NCBI RefSeq assembly: GCF_036365525.1
Contig: NC_090386.1
Coordinates: forward strand, 81,800,797 to 81,864,796
Source: Heterodontus francisci
Lineage: Eukaryota
DNA: 64,000 nt
Reading direction: 5' to 3'
Position 1 is the first letter of the stretch. Each line of letters starts with the position of its first letter. Below the pieces are notes generated by a model, which was not told where the DNA came from, made no database searches, and saw nothing but the letters and a program-made list of their open reading frames with translations. The translations under genes and the position numbers were made by a program. Positions 1 to 12,165 of the stretch are shown here, piece by piece.

Positions 1-242
1 ATGAGGACCCACAGTTGTTCAGTGCTTTACCCTCACTCACCAATAGCAGTATGTTTATTGAAGCACGGAAGCTGTCAGTGGGCTCATCTGTCAATAACAG
101 TTCTAAGTCAACATGTTAGCAGTACAGAAGTGACTTCAGTCACAGCATCCAAATGCTCCAGCTCCCACTGATCCCATCATGGTATTTGTTTCAAATTGAT
201 GCAGCTATAAGAAGCTCCAGCAGGAGGCCTTTTTAAAATATT

Positions 243-712
243 TTTTCATGGGATGTCAGCATCGCTGGCAAGGCCAGCATTTATTGCCCACCCCTAATTG
301 TCCTTGAAAAGGTGGTGCTGCCTTCTTAAACTGCTGCAGTCCGTGTGGTGTAGGTAAACCCATAATCCTGCTGGTTCGACTTTTCTAGAGCTGCTGGGCC
401 ATTTCCGAAGGCAGTCAACCACATTGCTATGGGTCTGGAGTCACATGTATGGCAGACCAGGTTAGGACGGCAGATTTCCTTCCCTGAAGGACATTAGTGA
501 GCCAGATGGGTTTTTACGATAACCCGGTAGTATCATGATCACCATCACTTCACCGTCACTGGTGCAAGATTTTTTTTTAAATTCCAGATTTATTAATTAA
601 TTGAATTTAAATTCCCCAGGTGCCATGGTGGGATTTGAACTCATGTCTCCAGAGCATTATTCTGGGCCTCTGAATTACTAGTCCAGTAATATTACCCCTA
701 TGTTACCGTCCC
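243..712 (-). mobile_element. tRNA-derived SINE with a LINE-derived 3' tail
   Basis: The minus strand starts with a tRNA-like head containing a B box (GAGTTCAAATCCC, + 630-642). The 3' part (243-372) matches the 3' end of the LINE copies at 38600-38745 and 20200-20320 (GGCAATTAGGGATGGGCAA..AATGCTGGCCTTGCCAGCGA..CACATCCCA). A partial copy of the same head is at about 52835-52952. Confidence 0.75.
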
Positions 713-756
713 TGTTTGTAGCTGATGAAATCTATTCATATACTCAATCAGCTAGA

Positions 757-860
757 AAGGAAAGAACCCAAACGCCTTATTATATCATCAAAGATATCTC
801 AAAGCACTTCAGAGCCAAGGAGTTACTTTTGAAGTGACAACACTATTCGGCCAATTACAG
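757..860 (-). mobile_element. DeuSINE (SacSINE1/AmnSINE1-like) 3' tail fragment
   Basis: The reverse complement resembles the tails of the copies at 1250-1425 and 12655-12970. Confidence 0.45.
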
Positions 861-1249
861 AACCAGGAAGACGAGCACATCTTACAGGTGGGAAATGCAC
901 CAAAGGAAAACTTGCAACACACGAACCATATGCAGTTGTGGGAGATGTACTCCAGCACCAGATGAGCTAAATGGAAATAAAAATTGATTACTTCGACTAT
1001 ATGTTACAAATTTGTCATTTGTTTGTTGTGGAGATTACAAAGAGTTAATTCTTCTAAAGCAAAGCATGTTACAATTTCAGTTTAAGAAAAAAACTGAACT
1101 AGCAGTTCCATTGCATCACTCATCTGTTATATTCTCCCGCCACTGATATTCGGTTCTACTGACTTCAGTGAAATTCAATATCAAGCATGTGGTATAACGG
1201 GCAGGAAAAGTGGTTCCATCTGGTTTGTTCCCCGCCCGATTTCAACCCC

Positions 1250-1425
1250 ATTATCTGGTCATTATCCCATTGCTGTGTGTGGGAGCTTGCTGTGCGCAAA
1301 TTAGCTGCCACTAATTTACAACATTTACAACCTTGACTACATTTCAAAGGCACTCAGTTTGCAGTAAAGCACTTTGTTAGTACCTGAGGTTGTGGAAGGC
1401 GCTACATAAATGCAAGTTCTTTCCT
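1250..1425 (+). mobile_element. DeuSINE (SacSINE1/AmnSINE1-like) 3' half
   Basis: Contains GTGGGAGCTTGCTGTGCGCAAATTAGCTGCC and GGCGCTACATAAATGCAAGT, the Deu-domain and tail motifs. Confidence 0.7.
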
Positions 1426-3294
1426 TTTTTCTTTCATGGAAAATATGTCCAAAATAATCAATAATTGTAGAACTTGCAGGGACTAGGAGACAAACCAGAT
1501 AATAGATCCTGGTTGCCCTTAAAACCCTAGCTGCAGGATCAGATCTGCTGCCAGTGCCTGCTGAAGTCTAAGCAAATGGGCTCATAGCAAAAAAAGTGCT
1601 TTGCTTACCAGCTTAACATAACCTTCCCACCCCCTTAAAATCTACCTACTGGCAACCCAGCAGCCCAAAATCCAAAATCGATCCACTGCCAAGCTGATTG
1701 GAGATGCCCAGCATGTGCCCAAATCTAGCCAGGCTACTTTAATTGAGGTCCAAGTTCCTGGATTGGGTAAGGTCTTGGATTAAACATTCCGCCACAGGGA
1801 TCTTCCTGACACAAAACAATTTCTAGTCCAAAAACTCCTTATTTCTCTAACCTTCCTATTCTTTTAAATCCACAGACTTTTAAACCCCAAGCTTAGCATT
1901 ACCTACCTAATTACGACTTCTTGATCCCTCCTTCCCTCTTCAAACGGGATAACGTTCTACACAACGAGCTATTGCCCTTCCCCAAAATATCTCAATTAAA
2001 TGAAAAAGAAACCTTTGAATTCGGAATTCTGTGACAGAATTGTTCTCAGTAAATATTAGTCTTTACAGCCTGAACAGAATGGAAAACAATGAAAGGCAGT
2101 GACATAGTGAACTTGAAATCATTACATGCACATGGAAAAAAAATGGCTTATTCCCCTTGTGGATCAGAAATATTGACTGTAATCAAATAGCTTGTGTGTG
2201 CTTTGCTTCATAAAATCAGCTTAACATCGACTTCCTTGAAAAAATATTTCCATTTCCTGCAGCTGAAATGCCTCGGCAGACGTAGTGTGGGTTTTTTCAC
2301 ATTTATACAATGGTTGAAACCTTATCTGAAATCTTTTTATTTTAAATTATTACCCAAGTTGAGGTGGGGAAGTGCCAAAAAAATTCCTCATCCATTTGTT
2401 AATGTGGGCTCTGCATTTAAAATGCTTTTAGTCTATCCCAGAATAATCGCATTTCTATTTTCCATTGTCTTGTTTCATGTTACCCGTAATTGATAAATGG
2501 CTCATTTGTTCTGAGGTTACATATTGACAATGAGTATTAAATTAGGACCCCCCTTTGTCTTTAATTTTCTCTCATTAGGATACATTAAGGTGGATTTGTT
2601 GCCTCAGATGGGCCAACTGGGGCCTTTAGGCTACACCTGCTGTGCAATAACACGAATGAGTGCCTGACGGCAGCCGGGAGAGCATTTTATAACTTTTCTG
2701 CAGCATCTTAACATCTAAAGCAGTTTCCTGCAGGCATTCACATTGACAACATATTCCATCAACACCTACACCTTGAGCAGTTATTTATATCGTTAAAAAG
2801 TCTGCAGTAGAAACCACTAAGCAGATGCATGCTGCCTGCAGGTAAATGACTGGGAGTTGAGGATCCCTGATGGAAACAGCCATAAGAATACTATGGGGTA
2901 GAAACTGGAATTCGTTTTTTGGGTGTAATTTATCAATGGGATGGCCTGTGACAGGAAATCAATTATGCAAATCATGTTGATGAAAATCTGATTTGATTTA
3001 TGTTGGAGCAAAATCACTAGGCTTCTACCCAACCCAGCCATAGAATCAGACAAAGGGAATCGAATTTACTGTTAGTTATGTTATTTTATGAAGGCTTAAT
3101 ACACTCTTACCAATTTCCTCTCTTCACTATCTTAACTATTTAAAATGAGTGGGTTAATGCCGCAATGAAGTAGGTGTAGAGAGCAGAATTCCTATGATTG
3201 AATAAATTCCATCTGGTCATATCACTGTCAAAGTACAATTAGTCATTTGAACCCTTAACATGATACACATTAATTGAATATTCGAGTAGCAATT

Positions 3295-4103
3295 GGCCAG
3301 GATTTTATGCCTCAGAAACGGATGACAATGGATGTGGGGAGGATGTAAAATTGTGTGGGATGGCGTCGGCTTAGCCCCCCGATGTCGTCATGCCAGGCCC
3401 GAATCTTGCGAGCAGTAGACAGAGTGTTGGGCGCCACTCGCATTTTTGAAAGTAGCAATTGACAAGCATTTAAGCTCATTAATGAGGCATTTGACCGCGA
3501 TTTAATGTGCTCCTCTGGATTTAATGGTAAGTGCACGGGGGACATGGGGCGCCGGAGTCTCAGTAGCTTTTAAAGGGTGGCAATGGGGCAGTAGCTGTTG
3601 CCATTGCTGCACTTGGCAAGGACAAAGGAGTAAGGCCTTTTCTTTAGTTGGTTGAAAGGAGTTGGGCAGCCATTGCTTTTTGGGTCGATGCCCCTTGCTC
3701 ACATCATGCTCCTGGTGGGGGCCTTGTTAGAGAGGGGCCAGAGAGGGGGGAGGGTTATGCAGCGTTGGAGCAGCTACTGGCAAAGTGTGCCAGCCAGACT
3801 GGCAGTGCCAAACTGCCATGAGGATCGTTCATTCCTCGACGGAGGTTCCTTCAGTGAGGAGGAGAACCTAAGAGGGGAGTAAATGTGGGAACATGGATTG
3901 AGACAGCAGAAACCTAATGGCCATCTTCTGGGATATCCTCCTAATGGGGAACCAGCTGAAGGCCACAGAGGGGACGGCCACTCCGCCTGCCGGCCGTTAA
4001 TTGGCCAGCTGGCGCAAGATTCCAATGGGGACGGGAGTCGGAGTGGGAGGACCTTCACCACCTGCTTCAGGTTCTGCCTTCCCTTTCCCATGAAATCCCA
4101 ACC
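3295..4103. mobile_element. Non-autonomous DNA transposon (PIF/Harbinger-like)
   Basis: Imperfect TIRs GGCCAGGATTTTAT and ATGAAATCCCAACC, with 3-bp flanks ATT/ATA. The GC-rich interior resembles the other GG(G/C)C..GATTTT-terminated elements in the window. Confidence 0.55.
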
Positions 4104-4206
4104 ATAGTTTCTCCAACTCTTTAATGTGCTCGTGAACATATTTCAAGTTCAGCTATCTGCATCCAAAATGGAATTGCGCAAATATTCAAAAATATCACCA
4201 GTGAGG

Positions 4207-4462
4207 TGTTGTAGGATTACTTTAAGAGTGATGTCTCTTTAAGAAATCAGTATGCTAATGAGATAAATACCAGGATGTAGTCATGTGACTAGAAGCCATA
4301 GACTCTCTGCACTGTAACACCCTGGACAAAGGTTCTGTATATAGTTTGCTCTGTATTGTGAGTATTAGTTTAGCTATAAATAAATCTACTTGAAATTTTC
4401 AAGGAACTGGAATCCACGTACCTCATTATATTGCTTAAGATAGCACAAATAAACTCATGATA
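4207..4462 (+). repeat. 5' LTR of the Gypsy element
   Basis: Direct repeat of 9421-9653, roughly 85-90% identical by eye, and immediately followed by the PBS. Confidence 0.92.
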
Positions 4463-4477
4463 TGGTGGCAGCGGTGG
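4463..4477 (+). promoter_or_regulatory. Primer-binding site complementary to the tRNA-Leu 3' end
   Basis: TGGTGGCAGCGGTGG lies directly after the LTR and is the reverse complement of the tRNA-Leu end ...CCACCGCTGCCA-CCA. Confidence 0.85.
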
Positions 4478-5164
4478 TGAAAAGACAAGATATAAGCTTG
4501 AAGACCATGGGTAAAACAACAAACAAAATTTAAATGCAATACAGAAAACAGAAGAGAAAATTTGAAACAAGTGAAGAAACTTTAAAACAAGTACCTGAAC
4601 AGATTGAAAGAAAGCTACATTCCTTCAAAGGCTAAAAACATCTCCATAGAACGGAAGTGTGGCCGAAAAGCAGGCGATTGGGTGAGTCATCGTGCCCACG
4701 ATTGAGCAATCCATGTGTGCGAGAAAAAAAAGGGGGGAACTCTGAAAAGTGTGTGAACTGAAAAAAAAAGTCCAGTAGTGGAAAAAAACACGGTTAACCC
4801 CAGAGTCTCCATTAAAGCAGTCAATCTGAAAAAAAGCATTAAACCAGTCAAACATGCAGAAGATAAATAAACTCTAGCAAAAAAAAACAAAGGGGAAATC
4901 CCTTGAACTGCCTGTTGAACAGCTGTGTAAACATACAAGCCAAGTGCTGAAAGAGAAAAAAAGAGAACACTGTTAAGCATCTGTTACACTCAGTCAAAGC
5001 AGCTAGCCTGAAAAAAAGAATTTCTTAAAGGGGGAATAGTACAGAGTTAATAGAACAAGTTTGAAAACAGGCTTTCAGCCACAAATAGAAAACACAGTGC
5101 TGAAGGCACACACAGAACTGAACAATGTTAAATATAGAGCAGAAAGCAAAAGAATAGCAGAAGG

Positions 5165-5880
5165 ATGGATATCAAATTTCCCAGCATGAACTGGAATTGA
5201 TATCCTATCCGAGTTCAAACTTTTTAAACAAAGAATGCAGTTATGTTTCATAGAACAAGTGGTTGTAGAAGCAGAGAAACAGGCTGTGAAAATACTAATA
5301 GCAGTTGGAAATGAGGGGTGATACAGAATCAGTACCTCTGACTTATCTGAAGAGGACCAGAAAGATCCCACAAAGATATGGAAAGTGCTAGAAGATTAGC
5401 TTCGGGTAAGAGTGAATTTTAGAATTCATCACCTAGAACTGATGGCTTACAGGCAACAGCTACTGGAATCAATAGACCAATTCATCAGTAGATGCCGTAG
5501 TAAGGGCAATGAATGCGATTTTTCAGAAACTGAGCTGTCAGAGCAAATAATAGAGCTGGTGATTGTCTCAACACCTATTGAAGTATTTCAAAAAGACCTC
5601 TTGGGGAAAAAAGAAAGGTCAAAGCATTGATGCGCTGCTAGAAGATGGCAGGAAATACGAAGCCATTGTAGCCGGACAACAGCATCTGCAAGCACGAGGT
5701 GCAGCTGACAGTATTGGCAAAGTAACCAGGTCATGAAAAGCAAGCAAGCTGTGTGGTAAGTGTGGTTTGTCCCACTCACCACAAAGTTGTCCTGCATTTC
5801 AAGATCTGTGCAGGGCATGCGGTGGAAAAGGACACTGGGCCCACCTATGCAGGAAATCTGTCTCCAAAGATGCAGCCAGA
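5165..5880 (+). pseudogene. gag: Gypsy gag remnant with two Cys/His knuckles
   Basis: Reads MDIKFPSMNW..FKLFKQRMQLCF..RQQLLESIDQFISRCRSKGNECDF and ends in CGKCGLSHSPQSC / CRACGGKGHWAHLC. Stops and frameshifts are present. Confidence 0.8.
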
Positions 5881-6067
5881 AGTCACAATAGAACATAAAT
5901 AAACAGAAGACAGGCACAGCAGCATGGCAAGGAGAACGCCAGAGACCTGCGTAAACACAAGCCGATACACCAAGTCCACAGCGAAATAGACCTGAGACAA
6001 GACTCAGAAAGGCGTGATTCTCAGCCAAAAGACAAGCAGATGTTTCACATTGTGAACCTGACACACT

Positions 6068-6873
6068 GGGCTGAATTTTAATAGCTTGCCACTGTTCAAA
6101 AAGTGCGCGGCGCACGCACGAGACGTGTGCAGTGGAGCCGTCGCGATATTTCATGTAGCGGCTCATTAATACGGAAGGGGCGGACTGTCCACCCCCGATG
6201 ATGTAGAAAGGGCAGGCGCACCATCCCCGGTAACGGCGTCCAGCACTACCACGTAGGCGCCAGTGCCATTTTTAAAAGGCTTCAAGCCCTTACAGGCAAT
6301 TTGAATATTTAAACAGAAATGGAGGGATCGTTTACAGTTATAAGTTTATTAAAAGATCAAAGCCCCTCTCCCACCCACCCCCTCATGACCAAACACTTCA
6401 TTTATTGTCTTTTCCACATACAAAAAATTCTTCCCATCCCAAACTTCTCCCCTAACTTTGTTACCTTTGCCCTTCAACCCCTTCGCCCCATCCCCTTAGC
6501 CAATAGTAGGAGTTTTCCCCGCTCCTCCTCTCCCACCCTGAAAATTTCACTCCTCCCCCCCTCCCCACTGATGTTACACCTTGGATTGAGATCTGTAGGT
6601 GCGGGACTTCCAGAAACTGGCCGGAATATCGGCGTGGGACAGCTGTCACAACGAGTTAAGTAATTATTCTTCAATAATAATTTATTTACATACGTTAATT
6701 ATGTTTTTATTGCCGACTGGTGGGGTAGGGGGGGTGCCCCAAAGCCTCGCCGCTGCTGGTAAAATGGGGTGGGGCCTTCCTGGTGTTGAGGCCCATGGCA
6801 GGCCTCTCCCGGAAGGAGTTTCCGGGCCCCCCTGCCCTGACCCCCGACATCGGGGTTCAGTAAAATTCAGCCC
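6068..6873. mobile_element. Non-autonomous Harbinger-like element nested in the Gypsy
   Basis: Perfect 13-bp TIRs GGGCTGAATTTTA / TAAAATTCAGCCC, with 3-bp flanks ACT/ATT. CpG-rich interior. Confidence 0.85.
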
Positions 6874-6928
6874 ATTGTGTTGATGAAGTCAAACACCTGG
6901 ATGCTTTTGCAACTATTAATATCATGTA

Positions 6929-7345
6929 CCCATCCCTTCTTCTTTGGCCTCCTTATCTCGAGAGACAATGGATAAGCGCCTGGAGGTGGTCAGTGGTTTG
7001 TGAAGCAGTGCCTGGAGTGGCTATAAAGGCCAATTCTAGAGTGACAGACTCTTCCACAGGTGCTGCAGAGAAATTTGTTTGTCGGGGCTGTTACACAGTT
7101 GGCTCTGCCCTTGCGCCTCTGTCTTTTTTCCTGCCAACTACTAAGTCTCTTCGACTCGCCACACTTTAGCCCCGTCTTTATGGCTGCCCGCCAGCTCTGG
7201 CGAACGCTAGCAACTGACTCCCACGACTTGTGATCAATGTCACAGGATTTCATGTTGCGTTTGCAGACGTCTTTAAAGCGGAGACATGGACTGCCGGTGG
7301 GTCTGACACCAGTGGCGAGCTCGCTGTACAATGTGTCTTTGGGGC
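6929..7345 (-). mobile_element. RTE-clade LINE 3' fragment nested in the Gypsy
   Basis: ORF 6990-7355 reads DTLYSELATGVRPTGSPCLRFKDVCKRNMK...CSTCGRVCHSRIGLYSHSRHC, the RTE C-terminus with its C2H2-like motif. Confidence 0.88.
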
Positions 7346-9415
7346 ACATTAACAATGCAAAAAGCTATGGCAGGTCGGCATGGAAACCAAAAATATTTTA
7401 CCTGGTAGACACGAGTGAACCAGCAGTGGCAGGACTACCAGCGTGTAAGGACCTCAACATTGTGATAATCCACGAGATCACCAAGGTACCCATTGCAGCA
7501 GAAGATACCAAGGGTACCCGCAGGATTTACAACAAATGTACCTGGGCAGGTTTGAAGCCATAGGAGATTCCAAAGGCGATGCCGTACTGCACCTCAGAGA
7601 GGATGCAATTCTGTCAGTGTGCACGTACAAGAAAAGCTTAAGTGCGAGTTGAATGACATGGAATGCAATGGCATCATCCGTCATGTGGATCATCACACAG
7701 ACTGGTGCAGCTCAATTACGAACGTCCTGAAGAAGGATGGAGCAATCAGGGTATGTCTGGATCCGAGGCATCTAAACCTCTCCCTAAAGAGATGCCCCCA
7801 CAACGTTCCAACACTTAGAGGAATTGAATTCCAAGTTCACAAGAGCCAAATTCTCTCCAAGTTGGATGCTAAACATGGATTTTGGTCGGTACACCTCGCT
7901 AAGGAATATCAGGAAGTCACCACCTTCAGAACACCATTTGGAAGATATTGCTTCCAGAGACTACCCTTCGGCTTATCTGTCAGTCAAGATCTGTTTCAGC
8001 AGCATATGGGCAGAATTATAGAAAACGTGCCTGGATGTATATGCATTGCAGATGATATTGTGGTAATGGGCAAAACCAAAGAAGAGCATGATCGAAATCT
8101 TCATTCACTGATGACAGTAGCTTGTCGTGAGGGGTTGGTTTTTAACAGTAAGAAGTGCCAGGTGAACGTAAGTCAGATCAATTTCTTTGGCTCCATCTAT
8201 TCAGGTTGCGGAATCCATCCTGACCCAGGCAAAGTTGAAGATGTAAGGCATATACCTACTCCAGACTGGCGCCACTCCACAGTGGCGCAGTGGTTAGCAC
8301 CGCAGCCTCACAGCTCCAGCGACCCGGGTTCAATTCCGGGTACTGCCTGTGTGTAGTTTGCAGGTTCTCCCTGTGTCTGCGTGGGTTTCCTCCGGGTGCT
8401 CCGGTTTCCTCCCACATGCCAAAGACTTGCAGGTTGATAGGTAAATTGGCCATTAGAAATTGCCCCTAGTATAGGTAGGTGGTAGGGGAATATAGGGACA
8501 GGTAGGGATGTGGTAGGAATATGGAATTAGTGCAGGATTAGTATAAATGGGTGGTTGATGGTCGGCACGGACTTGGTGGGCTGAAGGGCCTGTTTCAGTG
8601 CTGTATCTCTAAACTAAACTAAACTCCACAAGACAAAGAAGATCTACAGAGATGCCTTGGATTTTTCAACTTATTGGCACCATACATCCCAAATTTTTCT
8701 GACAAAGCATCATCAATGAGAGAGCTCTTAAAGAAAGACGCACCATATGTATGGCAGGAGGACCATTGGCATATGCTTGAATCTCTCAAACAAGTATTGT
8801 CAGCAGAAACCTATACCCTGCAATACTACGATCCAAGGAAGAAGACAATCTTGGAAGTCACGCCTTGCAGGAAGGGCTAGGAGCGTGCATCCTGCAGGAT
8901 TACAAACCAATTGCATTCAGATCCAAAAGTTTATCCTCAGCATAATCCAATTACTCAAACATAGAGCGTGGAACACTTGCTCTTGTGTTTGGGATCACAA
9001 GGTTCCATACCTACCTGTTTGGTAAACAGTTCACTGTCGGAATTGATCACAAACCACTGGAGATGATCTAATGCAAACCATTGACAAGCACAACTCCTTG
9101 ACTACAGCGACTTTTAGTGAAAGTACAGGGTAGGACTTCGAGGTCTGCTACAAAGCGGGTACTAAAATGGTCACCTCGGATACGCTGAGCAGATTGCCAA
9201 ATCTGAACAAAAATGAAGAAGTTCCACTGGATCTACAAGTAGACAGCATGGACATCGAGGTGGAAGATGTGCTCAAAATCGATTATTGCATTTTGGTCAG
9301 CACAAATGTGACCAACTGCAATCAGAAACAGCCAATGACCCACACTGAAGGCCTTGTGGAAAGTTATCATAGAAGGATGGCCTGATACGATAAAAGAGGT
9401 GCCAGAAATCTTCAG
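7346..9415 (+). pseudogene. pol: Gypsy pol remnant (protease C-terminus, RT, RNase H)
   Basis: ORF 7619-8356 has RVCLDPRHLN, SKLDAKHGFW, TTFRTPFGRYCFQRLPFGL and CIADDIVV. RNase H motifs follow (YYDPRKKTILEV, NYSNIERGTLALVFG, DHKPLE, SDTLSR). Interrupted by a SINE and frameshifted. Confidence 0.92.
8264..8622 (+). mobile_element. HE1-type V-SINE (shark) inserted in pol
   Basis: tRNA-like head (TGGCGCAGTGG, GGTTCAATTCC), V-domain (GTGTCTGCGTGGGTTTCCTCCGGGTGCTCCGGTTTCCTCCCACA), CR1-like tail and (CTAAA)n. TSD ACTCCA at 8258-8263 and 8623-8628. Removing it restores HIPTPQDKEDLQR. Confidence 0.93.
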
Positions 9416-9420
9416 ATGCA

Positions 9421-9653
9421 GAGAGATGTCCCTTTTAGAACTCAGTATACTAATGGGCTAATACCAGGATGTAGTCATGTGACTAGAAGACATAGTCTCT
9501 CTGCACTGTAACACCCTGGACAAAGGTTCTGTATATAGTTTGCTCTGTATTATGTGTATTAGTTTAGCTGTAAATAAATCTTTTGGAGATCTTCAAGGAA
9601 CTGGAATCCACATACATCATTGTGTTAAGACAACACAAAAAAAACTCATGACA
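9421..9653 (+). repeat. 3' LTR of the Gypsy element, missing its first ~20 nt
   Basis: Direct repeat of 4226-4462, ending CATGACA and followed by the TSD. Confidence 0.92.
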
Positions 9654-10164
9654 TGAGGCACCAATCAAATGGAATCATCATCCTATTTGGTACTCTAATG
9701 TGCCGTGTTACAGAAAAATAGTTTATGGGCTCGTGCCTCTGATTATCAGATGAAATGTTTCAGGTATTTGCAGACCATTAAAGCCAGGTACTTTTTTAGA
9801 GACACTGGAGAAAATGTTAACACAGCCCACTCTTTAATACACAGTATAATGCAAAATCCTGGAACAGGGTATCTGCCCACTCTCTCAGTCGTTGGATAGT
9901 GCATGATGTGGAGGATCTTAAAAACGGGAACCAAAATCTAAAATTGGGGATTGGGAGGTGAGGGGAGCAACTGAAGTAAACAAACACCAAGCAATCACAA
10001 GAAACCAAGATCGTTATGTAACAATGATGGTGATGGACCTGCTTTATCAATACTCCAGTGGACTCTAAAGTCTGGAATAAGTTTTCATATTTTCCCACTT
10101 TTGAAATTATTGCAACTAATTATACTATGATCTCTTTCATTAATGCTGTAGTGCAAGCATTACA

Positions 10165-10545
10165 AGCTATGTCATGGAAAGAAAGAACTTGAGCTTCCTT
10201 CGTGTGTGCGCTCAATTTTCTGGCAGCTGCCATGACTCCTTCATCCTCTGCCAGTTCAGGCTGCCTCAGATCTTCACTGCAACAACCAAAGTGCATGGAT
10301 GGATCCTCGGGGACAAGGGATATCCCTTGAAGAGATGGTTACTCACTCCTCTATGGGAGCCCCAGACAAAGGCACAGAGGCGATACAACGTACGCCACCT
10401 GCTCAGTAGAACAACTATTGAGCTGGCCATTGGGTTTCTGAAGATGTGATTCCGGTGTCTGGACCAGTTGGGTTGGTGCCCCCCAAGAACCTCCTGCAAC
10501 AGTCTCTGTCATTGTGGTGGTCTGCTGCGCTCCCTATAACATGTT
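10165..10545 (+). pseudogene. PIF/Harbinger DDE transposase fragment (HARBI1-like)
   Basis: Reads GSCHDSFIL, GWILGDKGYPLKRWLLTP, RRYN..H...RTTIELAIGFLKM.FRCL and VVVCCALYN. A terminal AAAATTCAGCCC TIR ends at 10667. Confidence 0.88.
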
Positions 10546-10551
10546 AACATG

Positions 10552-10631
10552 ACAAATGTTGACTCTGTTTCTCTCTCCACACATGCTGCCTGACCTGCTG
10601 AGTATTTCCAGCATTTTCTGTTTTTATTTCA
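10552..10631 (+). mobile_element. Penelope-like element 3' terminal fragment
   Basis: CTCTGTTTCTCTCTCCACACATGCTGCCTGACCTGCTGAGTATTTCCAGCATTTTCTGTTTTTATTTCA matches the end of the GIY-YIG element at 16535-16600. Confidence 0.8.
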
Positions 10632-11559
10632 AGTTCCTGACTTTGGGGCAGCCTGAAAATTCAGCCCTTTGATTCTTCTGCTAAGTATTCCAATAAAGAA
10701 AGTGCCTGTTAGCATCAGATGCTGTTGGAGCAATAAAACTGGATATATTTCAGTTCTGTCGCTAATGGTAAATTTGAACCTGGACTATGATTTTGTTTGT
10801 GTTCCTCAAATTTACTTCATTTATTTTCCACCGATATCATCCCCTAGACACTGACACTCTTCATCACACACCAAATCCTGACCAGATGATGGCAGGTGGA
10901 TTATTCCCAGAGTTAAACTTATTTTAACTAAGATGCTATTTGATGCACAAGAGCAGCATGGCCTGGCTTGCCTTGTGGTTTTCCCTCTCTGTAGATATTC
11001 AGTCCTTGCCTGGCCTATCCTTGTAGCCACAGCCTGCCAGAGAGATGCAGTGAAGCACATCTTTCTAGGAGAATAACATGTCATAAAAGATGTGTGTTCC
11101 CAAAAAGCAATTTTTTTAAAAAACGTACAATTTTCATTAAAGTTGATGTAACATCTAAGGGTAAATATTCAGGGGCTTGGTGCATGCAGGGAAGCAGGAA
11201 ACATTCCCTGATCCTGAATATTGAGGCCTGAGACATCCCAAATCTTGAATCTTGGGCCTCATTTCAATGGAAGAGCTAGCCAGCGAAGAGGAGACCAAGA
11301 ATGGACCATTGCCAGCATCATAGTGGCCTTCAGGTAAGTAAGGACTGGAGGTTGGGATGTAGGAATCCAGGGAAGAGGATTGGAAGCTGGAGTTCAGGAG
11401 ATAAAAGGCTGAGGGAGGGGAATCAGAGGCCACGTCGGAAGTATTTGACTACTTGCTGGCGTGCAGGTGCATGAGCCTGGATCACCCTCCTGAACTTCAC
11501 CCCAGTCGTCATTCTTTATGTATAACCCTAAATGGTGAATGTTGACTCACATTCTACTG

Positions 11560-11820
11560 GGCGAGTGGTATCCAAGTGAGCCCACTTTTCTCCTCATGTA
11601 TACATAAACACACACACCCACCCACCCACACACACCTTTCCAGCAGGCATCACTGGTTATTCATCAGGAATGGAATGCTTGGCCAATTTTCCCTCTCTAA
11701 TGCGGTGTACTGAAGCGAAATGTAGTACTCCAACCATTACCCTGTCTGAGATCAGACAACTCAACATCAACAAGGGATCGATCCTGGAATGTTCCTTGTC
11801 TCTGTAGCTCAGCTATTGAC
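11560..11820 (-). mobile_element. Old tRNA-derived SINE fragment, family uncertain
   Basis: The minus strand has a B-box-like CCAGGATCGATCCC followed by a body partly shared with 12480-12585 (CCAGCAGG..TCACTGG..A..ATCAGGA). Confidence 0.4.
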
Positions 11821-12074
11821 TATTAGCTGTTGAAGGTGCCAATTTTTTAAAGCGCTTTTAGGAAAATATTGATGATCTGTGAAAACAAAATAAAATCTTT
11901 CAAATTTTGAGGAAGTAAAGTGACTTTCAGACATTTCTTTGAGATACTGGAGCAATTGAAGCAGGCTGTGCTGTAGGCTCGTGCCCACTGATCTGGTAAA
12001 TTAATGGGAAATGCCCAGATCTTGAACTCGATGCACTTCAAACTTGGAACAGCTGTAACAATAAAAGGCAAGAC

Positions 12075-12165
12075 ATTCGTCCAAGCTGGGTTAAGTTGAA
12101 TTCAAACCCAGGTGGTAAAAGGTGAAAGGTCAGTCAGTCCATTGGTCAGTCAGACAACCAGTCTT
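12075..12165 (-). mobile_element. LF-SINE-like tRNA head fragment
   Basis: Minus strand GACTGG...CCTTTCACCT...CTGGGTTTGAATTCA..CCCAG resembles the LF-SINE head as I recall it. Confidence 0.35.

Larger units (their letters stand above)
4207..9653 (+). mobile_element. Ty3/Gypsy (Mag/SURL-like) LTR retrotransposon, decayed, integrase deleted
   Basis: Starts TGT and ends ACA, with a perfect 5-bp TSD TGAGG (4202-4206 and 9654-9658). It has paired LTRs, a PBS, and gag, RT and RNase H remnants, plus three nested insertions. Confidence 0.93.

Noticed and set aside
10174-10449. HARBI1 host gene
   Set aside because: Only a C-terminal fragment with a stop at the conserved R of LKMRFRCL and a nearby TIR. 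It is a transposon remnant, not the domesticated gene.
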